The translations under genes and the position numbers were made by a program. The notes beneath the pieces were generated by a model. The model ran no database searches. It had not been told where the DNA came from and saw only the letters and a list, made by a program, of their open reading frames with translations. A stretch of DNA of 43,986 bases from Octopus bimaculoides. Taxonomy: Eukaryota. The stretch lies in NCBI RefSeq assembly GCF_001194135.2, contig NC_068984.1, positions 2,996,245 through 3,040,230 of the forward strand, in the 5' to 3' direction. Shown piece after piece: positions 25,696 through 37,780 of the stretch (positions within the stretch are counted from its first letter, which is position 1; the number at the start of each line of letters is the position of its first letter).

Positions 25696-25763
<68 letters not shown>
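25696..25763. repeat. (TAC)n microsatellite
   Basis: Seen directly. Confidence 0.96.
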
Positions 25764-26073
25764 TACACGATGTCATAGTTATTNNNNNNNNNNTACTACT
25801 ACTACTATACACGATGTCATAGTTATTCTATTTTACAGAATGCTGTTGCTGTTTAGCCCCAGGTCTATTTTCTATGATCAAATGGAGTTTCAGCCGTGAC
25901 CATTCCGAATGTTAATCTTGACTTAGTCTATCTAGGAATACATTAGCCAATCTGTCTTCCTTTTTAAGATGGTAGGGAGTTATTTGACGGAGATTTGGCT
26001 GTTATCTCTAGCAAGTCGACAAATGAGAGAGAGAGACTCTACCGTGGCGGTCTTTCCTGCTGCCGTTGTTATT

Positions 26074-26380
26074 GATCTCCTGCTCGTGGTATCGATTTAT
26101 TCCTTCTGGAGTTGATCCGCTGCAGCTGATATCGACCTGATGCAGCTGGTATCAATCTGCTGCTGTTGATATCGAACCGTTACTGCCGCTATTGATCTTC
26201 TACCGTTGCTAATGACCTGCATTTCATATTGGCTTGCTGCTGCTGCTATCGATCTGTTCTTTCCAGTATTGATCCGCTGCTGTCGTTTATTGGTCAGCTG
26301 CCGATTGCGGTGATCTGCTGCCGACCTGCTGCTGTTGCTAATGACCTGCTCTTGCTGTTCATCTGCTGCTGTTGTTGCAT
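26074..26380. repeat. 20-bp-unit degenerate minisatellite (approximate consensus GATCTGCTGCTGCTGCTATC)
   Basis: GATC-like anchors at 26074, 26094, 26114, 26134, 26154, 26174, 26194, 26214, then 26251, 26271, 26292, 26312, 26323, 26343. Confidence 0.8.
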
Positions 26381-27633
26381 CTTAATATCTGCTGCTGCTG
26401 TCATTATTGCTGCTGCTGCTGCTGCTGCTGCTGCAACAACTCTCCTTTCTATTGCTATTCTATCGACTGAAATTGCCGTTGCAGCTGCTGATTATACATA
26501 TATATTGCTGCTGCATCTAAGACTGCACTTTTAGCAGTTGCTGCTGCTGCTGATGGTGTTGTTAATATTGTTGCTGCTGTCACATTAACCACTACTCTTT
26601 TTGCTGCTGCAAGTGATGTTGATTTTGATGTTGTAGTTAGTGTGGCTACTCTCAGCGCCGTTGTTGTTGAGGCTGCATATTTGTATGACTGTCGCACGTC
26701 CGACATAGGATGTGGAGGCTTTCATACATTTCCGAAATACTCAACTAACGCAAATTAAGCGAAGAAGCTTCACGCAAGACTCGAAATCGGAACCTCGGTA
26801 TCCAGCTGGATCGATATATTTGACTGAATGGAGATTCCGGAAGAAATATAAATAAGATAGACACAAAGAGGGAAATGGGATGTTGTGGTGTTCATGGCTT
26901 TCTAAACAATTTTAACTTTGTAGTAATGCTATTACAAGTGTTTAATCCTGAGTCAGTCACCATACAGCAAACCTACAATCACATGTGCTCCACCCGTGAC
27001 CATACCATCTATTAGTCATTGAGGTAACGTTGACTTACTTACTGAAGGTAAAAGCACAAATTGGTGTGAAGAAGAGGTACAGACAATTGAATCAACATCA
27101 CAGCAGAGTTAGTATCAATATTTTATCGATATCTCTGGGGTTGGGTTGAACTGGCAAGTCAAAATAGGCGGGATTTAAGAAAAGTTAGCAGTAACGATGG
27201 TAACACAAATATTACGATTTCAGTCTTTCTGGCCACTCACCGTCTCAGATAAAACATGGAATACTTAGTCTTCGCCTATTTTATTCTGTCTATTGTAGAG
27301 GAGGGCAGATTTGATGTATAGCAGTTATTAGTTAAAATCTTATCACCTTGCCGAATACTGGATATTTTGGGTGATTTATACTATAGTGGTATGTGATAGT
27401 TTCCTCTAGGAAACTTGTTGAGGCTGCATATTTGAAAAGACAGGAATTGAGAAGCACAAATCGTAAGAGTGAGCCACGTTTGTAGCTGGATTATAAGCCA
27501 TTTATGTTGTGGAGTGGAGAAGTCGTTTAACGTCGTAGAGTTTTGATGCGGTGATAGTTTAATGTAGCAATAGTACTGTCCTCGTATTAGTGCTGTGATG
27601 TAATATGGAAAACTATTAGTATATAATGTAGAG

Positions 27634-27990
27634 GATGGGTTTTCAACCATTAAAAAAAAATCTATCGAACCCTTTTTGATTATTATTTTATCCTGGTAGA
27701 TCCTCCTCATAGCCATTCGATGCTTAAAATCTAGTTTTATAGAAGCTTCCTTCAAGACTCACCTATTTTGCTTTTCACATTTTGTGTTGGTTGAGCAACA
27801 CAAAATGTTACAGAAAGAAACCTCGTTGTTGTTTCTTGCAATAAACACCAATACAAACATCTAAAGCAAATTTGTTCAGGGACCCTTAGAATATTATTGC
27901 GGATCCCCAATTTGATATTTTGCTACGTGGAACCCCAAATATCTTATGTGGATCCTCACGGGCCATATAGACTTCAATTGAGAACCACTG
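27634..27990. mobile_element. hAT (Charlie-like) MITE
   Basis: The right end ttgagaaccactg (CAGTGGTTCTCAA on the minus strand) is a Charlie-type TIR. The left end gatgggttttcaacc is a degenerate match. No clean 8-bp TSD. Confidence 0.65.
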
Positions 27991-28199
27991 AAGTGTAAGT
28001 AGAGTGTTAATGTAGTGTTGACGGAGTGTTGCAGTGTAGAGCAGTAATAGTGCGGAACTAGTGTTGTAGAGTGGCAGTGGAACTGTTGCAGTTTGGTGTT
28101 AGTAATGGAGGTTGCCAAACCATTTCACTTTTTCAAATATTGCAAGATTTCCGAAGAATCTCTCCGAACAATTCTTTTACATGTTACAACATGGAGACT

Positions 28200-28589
28200 G
28201 CATTTACTGCTGCCGTTAGTACTGCTACTGCTACTGCTGCTGCTACTGCTACTGCTATTGCTGCTGCTGCTGCTGCTGCTGCTGCTACTACTGCTGCTGC
28301 CTCTGTGTTTCAATGCTGTGGGTGATACTACAACAACTCTTACTACATCGAATGGAGTTCAGCTTGTTGCTAGAGTTTCACTCCAGCTGCTGAGACATCT
28401 TCTGCTACTACTACTGCTGCTGCTGTTGCTGCTACTGCTGCCGATACTGCAATTATCCCTGCAGCCACTGCAATTATTGCTGCTGTCGTTACTGCAATCA
28501 TTCCTGCAGATATTGCAACTACTGCTGCTGCTTCTGCTGCATACGTTACTGCTGCTGTTACCAATTCAGCTGCTCATTGCAACTGATGT

Positions 28590-28650
<61 letters not shown>

Positions 28651-28830
28651 TGTGCTGCTGCTGCTTGTGCTGTTGATATTATTGATGTATTTGCATCATG
28701 CTGCAGCTACAACTGCCGTTTCTGCTGCTAACTTTACTCTTTAGACTGTAAAGTCTGCGGCAACATCTTCTGCTGCTTATTGTTGTTGTTGTTGTTGCCG
28801 TTGTTGTTGTTGTTGCAACAGCCACTGCTG
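28200..28830. repeat. low-complexity (CTG/ACT/TTG)n array
   Basis: Seen directly; it explains the poly-L, poly-A and poly-S ORFs. Confidence 0.92.
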
Positions 28831-29027
28831 CTGATAATAGTGCAATGGCTTACACCAGTAAGGTGGCCTAATGGAATCTATTAGTCTTTTGTTAAAAGGA
28901 GTTATCATAACTCGGTCGGAAGAGAAGCAAAAATAGCAGTTAAGGCCGGGAGCAGTAGTCGGAGAAGGAAGGGATGAACTTCAAACCAGAGTGAAAGCAA
29001 TAGGGCGGGGGTACAGTAACATTGGTG

Positions 29028-29062
<35 letters not shown>

Positions 29063-29301
29063 TTTTTGAGGCGGGGTTGTTAGCTGAGATAGAGAGTAGA
29101 GAAAGCAGGTGCTCTGCTATTAGAATGAAAACTCGCTATTCTAGAAATATAGAGTTATATCTAAATACCTGCAACAATGTGCCATAAATTTCGATGGGTT
29201 GGGGTATGGCACAAAAAGCTGGGCTCTGCACAATATTGACCTATTTCTGTTGGTGGTATGGTAAAGATGCTAAGCATGTGCATGTGATATCTATATATAT
29301 C

Positions 29302-29332
<31 letters not shown>

Positions 29333-29368
29333 CTTACGTATATACGAACAAACATACATATACATACA

Positions 29369-29414
<46 letters not shown>

Positions 29415-30009
29415 CACACATATATATATGTAGATATAGTTGTAATTGCGTGTGCCAAGATGGTGGAATGTATACATAACTTCTTCCACCATTTTCACAA
29501 CATCGCCTAAAGGATCACAGACTCATATACCGAATGGCGATGGTATGGAATGCACATGCGCACACGAATACGTATATATGTATGTTATGTATGTATGTGT
29601 GTATGTGTGTATCCATACGTTTCTATGTATGTGTGTCCATATGTGTGTGCATGCGTGGGAGTATTTCTGGAAGTCCCTGTATTTAAATCTTATTCCTTCC
29701 CTCCTTTAAACAATCCTTCGATTGAAAAGGATTATTCCGATAATGGCTACAAGTGCAAGAATCAATAGCGAAAGGTGTTATTTAGCAACAAATCAATCAC
29801 GAATTAAATTTACCGATTTAATTCAAGGGCTTTCCCCTTTTTTAATCAAGACCCTATTTTTAAAAAGTATATTTGTCCTCAATATTCACATATTTCTATA
29901 TTATCTTTACATTGCTCCATCTGTGAACGAGCTAATCCCATAATTCACAGCATCTCGTTGTCATCTGACATAAAGTTGCCTTTGTTTTCTTCGTAGCTAG
30001 TAAATATAC

Positions 30010-30050
<41 letters not shown>

Positions 30051-30155
30051 ACAGCAGCAGCAGCATAACGGTGAAGTTGGTTCTAACCGTTAAACCCCGA
30101 TCTAAATGCTTTAGTGTAAATGGGTTACACACACACACACACGCACGCACGCACC

Positions 30156-30200
<45 letters not shown>

Positions 30201-30844
30201 ACAAACAGACACACACACACATGTATACACATATACATGAACATATACATATAAATATATATATGTGTGTGTGTCTGTGTGGTCCGTATGTGTGTATATA
30301 CACACGCTTATACATATCCGTGAGTGCGTATATATTTGTCAAGTGTATATTTGTCCTTCATAAATAGTGGAGAGTGAGTAAAAGGGAGAGGAAAAGAGAG
30401 CGTGAGAGATAAGAGCGAAGGCAGAAAGTTTAATGGAGACGAATTAGTCCTCACGTGTTTACGAGAAATCGACATTTTGTATTACATTCGAATGTTCTTT
30501 TCCGCTCTGACGCACACAGTCCTGGCGGTAACTTAACAAATTACCCTTCACAGATTAACATCGGATGGACATTCACCAGTCATTTTTTCTGTTGTCCAGT
30601 AATTTTCAAAGAATTCTACAGTAGACTCAATCCATGATTTCTGTGTGTAACTTTGACTTTCGTTAATATTGTTTAATGGTTGTTGATTAGCAGAAACTGC
30701 TTCAATCTAGCAAATACAGGCGAGCTATCAGCGATGGATTCGGTGTCCATAGCTCATGAAGCATAACGACACAGAAACACGTGACCAAATGTCCGATGAC
30801 GTCATTCATGCCCCAGTTGTGCTTTCAATACACAGTGTCTGTCT

Positions 30845-31020
30845 TATATCTGTTATTTGTTTCAGTGATTAGACTCCGGCCAGCCTGGAGCACCGCCTTG
30901 AAGAATTTTTAGCCGAATAAATCGACCCCAGTTCTTGATATTTTTTAAAGGCTGGTACTTATTCTATCGTGTCCTTTTGCCGAACGGCAGTACTGGGGGA
31001 CAAGCACAGACACAAAGACA
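30845..31020 (+). mobile_element. SINE-associated repeat (tail family)
   Basis: tttgtttcagtgattagact..ctggagcaccgcctt..aatcgaccccag..ggtacttattctatcg..ttttgccgaac. Confidence 0.78.
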
Positions 31021-31021
31021 G

Positions 31022-31059
<38 letters not shown>

Positions 31060-31062
<3 letters not shown>

Positions 31063-31190
31063 AAAGGTTTCTTTTCAGTTTCCCTTTCCTAAATCTCCTC
31101 ATACGGCTTTGGTTGGCTGGGGGCTATAGTAATGGGACTGACCCCGGAATCATGCGGTTGCGAAACAAGCTTCTAACCACGCAGCCACGC
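31060..31190 (-). mobile_element. SINE (family B), degenerate
   Basis: ttctttcagtttccctt..ggctttggttggctgggg..gggactgaccccggaatcatgcggttg. Homologous to 43535-43703. Confidence 0.75.
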
Positions 31191-31344
31191 TATCTCCAGA
31201 GACAGTTGTGGCAGCGAAGGCCTTTTTCCATCTCAGTGTACACGAACGTGTTAAATGTAATTGTACACGCCAATGTTTCAATGATCACACTTAGTGTACC
31301 TCTTAACTATTCTGTTTATTTCTGTGTCCTGTAATTCTGTATTC

Positions 31345-31790
31345 CTGTTCCATCGAGCTCAAACATACGTCCTCCTCTCACTAGGGTTGATTTTCTCCTG
31401 TAAGTACGTCCCTAACCAATTAATAATCCTCTAAAAAATTAGGCGGGATCCCTAAGAGAGTGTTACTCTCACATCTGGAATTGTTACCCCACAGAAAGTA
31501 AACGTAGACCAGATCCAAAGAACCGTCATCTGACAGATTGCTACAAAGCCATTCACAAATACACTCCAAACTCTGGTTCACAAATTTGCTGTATCCACTC
31601 TCTTTGTCTTTTGTGTCGCTGTTACTGTGGCCTCTACTCCCCAGTGCCACCTACACTTCCGACTTGTTCGTTTCCACAACTCTCCCCAACCACCCCACAC
31701 TCTAACCGCTTACTCAATCCTTCCGTTTCATAATGTTGATCCTTCTGGATTCTTAACCACCACCCTTCCCACCCACTCTTATCGCAGCTA
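31345..31790 (+). mobile_element. decayed CR1/L2-group LINE, 3' part of ORF2
   Basis: Frameshifted peptides LGLIFSCKYVPNQLIIL*K, ECYSHIW, DQIQRTVI*QIATKPFTNTLQTLVHKFAVS and SLCLLCRCYCGLYSP align in order with the CR1-type consensus LG.L.R...YF...QLL.LYK..IRP.LEYCSHIW..LDRIQ.RAIRLI....T..LQSL.HRR.V.SLCLFYRYY.G.CS. Confidence 0.82.
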
Positions 31791-32206
31791 TCAACTCAAA
31801 ACAACAAGGTTAGCCACAGCGAGGATCGAACCGGTGTAGGATGCCCCGTAAGCCTCGTAGCACAGCTCTTCCGCCTTCTACATATTAATACCATCGACTC
31901 TCCTAGGTTGTCCTTAAATTGATTATATTCGTTTCCAAATGTTTAAGATCATGGGAAAATATCGAAAATTATTATTGTTGCTGTTGTTAGTAATGTCGTT
32001 GGCATTCCTGTTACTATTGTTGTTGGTAGTGGTGGTGGTGGTGGTGATGTTGTTGTTGTTGTTAGAATATCATTAGTGATTTTGTTGTTGGTTATTAAGA
32101 ACTGTGTCTCTATCTAAACCTACTTCATGTGCAACGTTGATATTGGGAATTGGCAAAAAATGATAGCATTTAGAACACATCGTCACTAAATTTGCTTTTG
32201 CTGCAG

Positions 32207-32251
<45 letters not shown>

Positions 32252-32852
32252 TTGTTATTGTTGTAGTTCTTCTTCTTCTTCTTCTTCTTGGTAAGGAATA
32301 TGAACATAATGATGGATCTCAAAACTTCATTCAACGTTTATCTAATCCTTCCTCCTTCCACACACACACACATGCGCGTTAGAAGAAAACAAACAGTATT
32401 AATGTTCCCCCCTCATCTGATGCTGCCCCTGTGGCAAATAACAACAAACACTATTAACGGTTTCTCGTGTAAACACAAACACACAAACTCTTGAGATTTC
32501 TTATGAAATGGATGCGATGGGAATAGCATGTTTGTATTTCTCGACACCATTAATACCAACACTGTATCGGAAAATGTGATGGTATGTTACTGGGAAGAGG
32601 AGGAAGAGGAGGAGGAGACGGAGGAAACGGTGGAGGAGGAGGAGGTGGTGGTGGTGGTGGTGGAGGAGGAGAAGGAGGAAGAGACGGAGGAGGAATGGTG
32701 GTTGACTGCAAGGTCATATATTTAATGAAGTAAGAGAGGGAACATGTGACTTCTCGTTTAATCCTTTACTAAAGACTTCAACACTAAAAATGAAATGACT
32801 TCAGCAAAGGATTCGAACCCATGTTACAGTCTCCCTTTCTCTAACACTTTAC

Positions 32853-33010
32853 TGCAGGGTGATTGTGTGGTAAGAAATTTGCTTCGCAACCACATCGTTC
32901 CCGTTTCAATCCCACAACCAAGTAGCTCAGTCGAGTGACTTCTACTACAACCTCGGGCCGACCAAACCCTTGTGAGTAGATTTGGCTGACGGAAACTGAA
33001 AGACGCTCGC
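32853..33010 (+). mobile_element. tRNA-derived SINE (family B)
   Basis: tgtgtggtaagaaatttgcttcgcaaccacat..ctcgggccgaccaaacccttgtgagtagatttgg..gacggaaactgaaag. Confidence 0.85.
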
Positions 33011-34507
33011 CACACACGTGTGTGTGTGTGTATGTGATAGCAGATCTAATTTATTTCATAAAGTCCGTTATTTCTTTTCCTCTTTTTTTTTTTAGATTCG
33101 ATTTCGTATTCATTTCCAAATTGTCGAAAGGTTACACATCATAGAGGACAGTGAAAGGCGTTGGCAACTAAATCGACCCCTGAACATGACTGGTAGTCAT
33201 ACAGTTCTCTTCTACCTGGGCACTGGTGACACTTAGCAGAGACCGCTCTACTGCGAAGGTCCAGACTAGCTCTTCCTTCACCGGACGAATTTCTGCCCTT
33301 TAACACAGCAAAACCTGAAGTAGGGTTTCGCCCTCTCTTCCCTTTCCCAAAGCAGCGTACCTAAAAAGGGTCACAGACTTCTTCGTTCCCATGGCTAAAG
33401 CCTAATGAATGGGGAGTGAAGAAGCAATATTTGACTGATATTTAGTTGATCAACATTGCCAGAATGTAAAGGGATGTAATAAAATATCACAAGGTATTTT
33501 GTCTGTCTCCTGCTGTCCTCTACTCTCATATCTATTACCAATTTCACCTTCAACTGCTCTGCTGCTCCACCGATTTTACTATTCGAATATGTTATTTGCT
33601 TTTCATTAAAAATGAGAGTTTAATTAGAAAAGTAAATAGAATAAGTGAAGTGTGTGGGGGGGGGGAGACAAAAAGAGAAAGAAAGAGAGAAATGGTAAGA
33701 AAAAGCGAGAGAAAAACCCAAAGGAAAACCAAGGTAAACGATGACAGAATAATGCTGGTTGTTGTTGTTGTTGTTAGGGGTGTTGGTGGGAGGTGTAGCA
33801 GTCGTCGTAGTGGTAGTGCTGGTAGAGGTAATAGTAATAGTAACGGTTCCAGTGGTGCTGGTGGTGTTAGTAGTAGTAGTGGTCGTATTCGTGGTGGTGG
33901 TGGTGGGGGGGGGTTAGTTGTGGTAATTAGTCGAAATAGGAGAAGAAGCCGCCTATTATCCGATATATTTAGCTCCTCCACGTGGCCATCACCACATATT
34001 GGAAGGTGAGCCACGTGGCATGTATCGATCGTGTAGTAACTGATTTTTTTAACATCATCATCACCATCATCACTATCATCATTTACTATGCTACATCCTT
34101 ATATTCCTCCCACGCTAACACCACCACCACCACCATCACCACCACCACCACCAACACCATCACCACTGCCGCCGCCGCCGCCACCACCAACACCATCACC
34201 ACCATCACCATCAGTAACAACAGCAACAACAACGGCAATCGTCTTTTTCTTCACTTGCTCCTCTTATTTTCTTTCTTCAGCAAAGAAAGAAGAGAATTCA
34301 AACATCGTTATCGATTATCGATTAACGTCCAATTCTTATGGATGCAAACATGCGCACAGACACGCTCGCGCGCACACTCACGACCATGCCTGCGTACATA
34401 TACATATACGTATATAGACGCACACAAACATACATATATACATGCGTACCCATATATAGAAATTCATACATACGTAGCTACATACATACGTACATACATG
34501 CATGCGC

Positions 34508-34547
<40 letters not shown>

Positions 34548-34550
34548 AAG

Positions 34551-34620
34551 GTTACCTCGAGCCGACCAATGTTTTGTGAGTGGATTTGGTAGATGGAAAC
34601 TGAAAGATACCCGTCGTATA
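34551..34620 (+). mobile_element. SINE family B 3' fragment
   Basis: cctcgagccgaccaatgttttgtgagtggatttggtagatggaaactgaaagatacccgtcg. Confidence 0.78.
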
Positions 34621-34775
34621 TATATNNNNNNNNNNNNNNNNNNNNNNNNNNNNNNNNNNNNNNNNNNNNNNNNNNNNNNNNNNNNNNNNNNNNNNNNNNN
34701 NATATATACATATATATATAGCTGTTAAACAATAATTGATAAACAATAGGATAGAACGTCGGAGTCGTCACCAGT

Positions 34776-35388
34776 TGTAACGGTTGGTATTCGTTGTTAA
34801 GGTGTAGGTTGCCAGTATTCAAAATGGAAGAAGAACGGTGATCGAGGTTGTAAAGAAATATTTATTTACCGTTACTTTATCATGACACAACGCTTAGGCT
34901 AGTGTAATAGTATAACACAGTTCGTAAAGCATGCAAAGTAAAAAGAATTAATTTCGTCCTGTATATGAGTGTACCCAACTTCGTAGTAGTATATATAGAG
35001 AGAGATATGGTAATGCTGCAGAGAAAAGAAAGTGAGTCAGTGAAAGTGAGAGTGGTGAGAAGTTGTCTCGCATAGTCGCTGATTGTAACTTTTTTGTTCC
35101 TTCTGGCCGTTTGGTCTCCAGTGGCTGCCTGCTTGTGACCATGACTCTAGTTGTCCGTTCACACTCATTGATGGTCGCTCTCACTAACTGACCTTAACTT
35201 ACGGAGTTCTTGCTTTTATAACTATCCAAAACCAGCCAGAAGGATAGACATATTGTTGAGAACAAAAGATTTCGTTCGAGGTCTGTTAGCCCCATTCCAG
35301 CTTTTGGTGGCTTGGAAGAGGTTAGAAGGGTCAAGTGGCGAAGACATTATTCCGGCTTAGTGAAGGCATCTGGTAAATGCCACTAACA
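34776..35388 (-). mobile_element. possible solo LTR (about 613 bp)
   Basis: TG...CA ends. On the minus strand TATAAAAG (35220-35213) precedes AATAAA (34866-34861), 85 bp from the end. No matching TSD found. Confidence 0.4.
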
Positions 35389-35414
35389 GAAAAACTATTG
35401 GTCTCCATAGACAG

Positions 35415-35530
35415 ACCAATAGTATAAGTACTAGGCTTACAAAGAGTAAGTCCTGTGATCGATTTGTTCGACTAAAAGGGGGTGCCCCAGCATGGCTGCA
35501 GTCAAATGACTGAAACAAATGAAAGAATAA
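35415..35530 (-). mobile_element. SINE-associated repeat (tail family)
   Basis: Homologous to 3530-3630. Confidence 0.78.
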
Positions 35531-35914
35531 AAATGTATATATATATATAAATATATATATATAAATATATATATATACTTATATATGTATGCATATATAA
35601 TATATATATANNNNNNNNNNNNNNNNNNNNNNNNNNNNNNNNNNNNNNNNNNNNNNNNNNNNNNNNNNNNNNNNNNNNNNNNNNNNNNNNNNNNNNNNNN
35701 NNNNNNNNNNNNNNNNNNNNNNNNNNNNNNNNNNNNNNNNNNNNNNNNNNNNNNNNNNNNNNNNNNNNNNNNNNNNNNNNNNNNNNNNNNGTAGTTCGCT
35801 TGAAGCATTGTGTATTGTTTGCAAAGAATAAAAGGTTTTGAATGGTACAACAATGCACTATAATACCAAAAATGGACTATATACCTGTTGTAATTTAGTT
35901 ATCTATAGTCCGAT

Positions 35915-35943
35915 GATATTTCGGAATACAATTCCTTCTTCAG
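35915..35943 (-). ncRNA. minimal hammerhead-ribozyme motif (mirror copy)
   Basis: Exact reverse complement of 36005-36033. Confidence 0.55.
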
Positions 35944-36004
35944 ATATTCTTAGATGGAGCCGCTGATTATAGCAGATTATAGCAGCGACTCCATCTAAGA
36001 ATAT

Positions 36005-36033
36005 CTGAAGAAGGAATTGTATTCCGAAATATC
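36005..36033 (+). ncRNA. minimal hammerhead-ribozyme motif
   Basis: CUGAAGA A GGAA-uugua-UUCC GAA AUAU C: intact core, stem II, palindromic AUAU stem III, AUC triplet. Stem I is weak (2 bp adjacent, plus a possible AUCUA/UAGAU helix). Confidence 0.55.
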
Positions 36034-36130
36034 ATCGGACTATAGATAACTAAATTACAACAGGTACATAGTCCATTTTTTTGTATTATAGTGCATTGTT
36101 GCACCATTCAAAACTTTTTATTCTTTACAC

Positions 36131-36186
<56 letters not shown>

Positions 36187-37039
36187 TGTGTATATATATA
36201 CGCTTACATACATACAAACATGCACGCACGCATGCATTTCTGCGTGCGTGCATGTTTGTATATACATGCATTCTCGCTCACTCAGTTACTATTCTGTACA
36301 TATTCTTGAATATTCACTCGCTCACATTTTGCGCATCCCTATCATATACATTTATACATACTCACATCAATTATACACACATAGAAAACAGATAAAGACG
36401 ACGCTACAGCATGGCCGTAATTGACAAAGGTAGAGCTATCTAAAACAGCAACATGTACTTCGCTCGTATATTCTTTTTCAACACGTGGATGTCTCTCCGT
36501 GAATTGTATTTCACAAGCAACGAAATAATCCGGCTGACAGAACTAAAAGCAAAATTCTCAATACACACTATACAATCTTAATCTAATCTAATCTAATCTA
36601 ATCTAATCTAATCTATCTATCTATCTATCTATCCCTCTACGCACACATAGACACATGGATAAATACGCAAACGGAATGTGTATATAAGAGGCAATGGAAT
36701 GCAGATAAGTTCTTCAAATAAATATGTCAGCTAAATTGATCAGGAAGCTGTTTATAGATTGAAGTGATACGAAAATATACCGCCAATTCATAAAGTAGAA
36801 TTGCAGTTATGAGTGTATATGCATGCATATATACATATATACATACATGCATACATACATACATAATACATACATACATACATGTATTCATACATACATA
36901 CGTACATACATACATACATACATACATACATAGAAATTTATCATTTAAATATAAATGAGCATGTCTAGATATGCAACTATATGCACGAGAATACATACAT
37001 AAGGCAAAACCTACAAATCTGCACATATACAAACATACA

Positions 37040-37150
37040 AACAAAAATACGCTGCTGTTGATGTTGAGTTTCAAATGAAGGAGCCATGGATCTAGGTTAG
37101 AAACCGGTTCTTTCTTTATTGACAAAGAATCTTGAAATAAAACTTAATAA
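37040..37150 (-). repeat. dispersed repeat (family E)
   Basis: Inverse homologue of 23870-23985. Confidence 0.8.
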
Positions 37151-37275
37151 TGACATACACATACGTATTTCGGTACATGCTATGGTGTGCGCATGCGTAT
37201 ATATTGACATATAAACCAAGCTCGAAGCACACACTTATGCATGAGTATCAAGGCAACGAAGTCGGTATGTGTGCG

Positions 37276-37322
<47 letters not shown>

Positions 37323-37780
37323 ATGAAGATGCACATGAGAGCATATATACGTGTGCGTGTGTGTGTGTGTGCGCGCACCTGTGTTTGTGATTTGAGGCGT
37401 GTATATTAGTGTATAAGCACGTTGGATTGTTTCAGAATTCGTGTATATGGACAAATTTGCAACGTCACACTCACACACACACACACATCCAGAGATATAC
37501 ATGTTTACGTGTGTCTATATGTAACTTCGCAGTTAATGATTGAGGAGTAAGCGTGTGTAAATGCGCTAACGTATCTATAAATTCACAGACACACAATCAC
37601 GCGTAAATGCGTATATGAATATGCACACAGCTATGCACACATATATGTATACGTTTGTGCGTGTGTATGTGAGTGTGTGCTTGCGTTTGTATGTGTGCAT
37701 ATATGTGTGTGTGCGCATGTGCGTGTGTGTGTGTGTTTGTGTAAACGTGAGTGGTTTTCATTAATATATTTTGCTCGCAG

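Larger units (their letters stand above)
35823..36126. repeat. long inverted repeat (143/144-bp arms, 17-nt loop, about 96% identity), probably an inverted Penelope terminal-repeat structure
   Basis: 35823-35965 is the reverse complement of 35983-36126 with about 5 mismatches and 1 indel, checked by hand. Confidence 0.95.

Noticed and set aside
25750-25830. Direct duplication of tactactatacacgatgtcatagttatt on both sides of a 10-N gap
   Set aside because: Identical sequence flanking a placeholder gap indicates an unmerged contig overlap (assembly artefact).
31420-31650. Minus-strand ORF of 76 aa with a protein-like look
   Set aside because: It is the antisense of the plus-strand CR1-type LINE fragment.
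31800-31880. B-box GGTTCGATCC on the minus strand, suggesting a tRNA gene
   Set aside because: No cloverleaf or clear A-box; at most a decayed SINE head.
33170-33420. GC-richer block resembling a LINE 5' UTR
   Set aside because: No ORF or diagnostic motif, so it cannot be supported without a repeat-library search.
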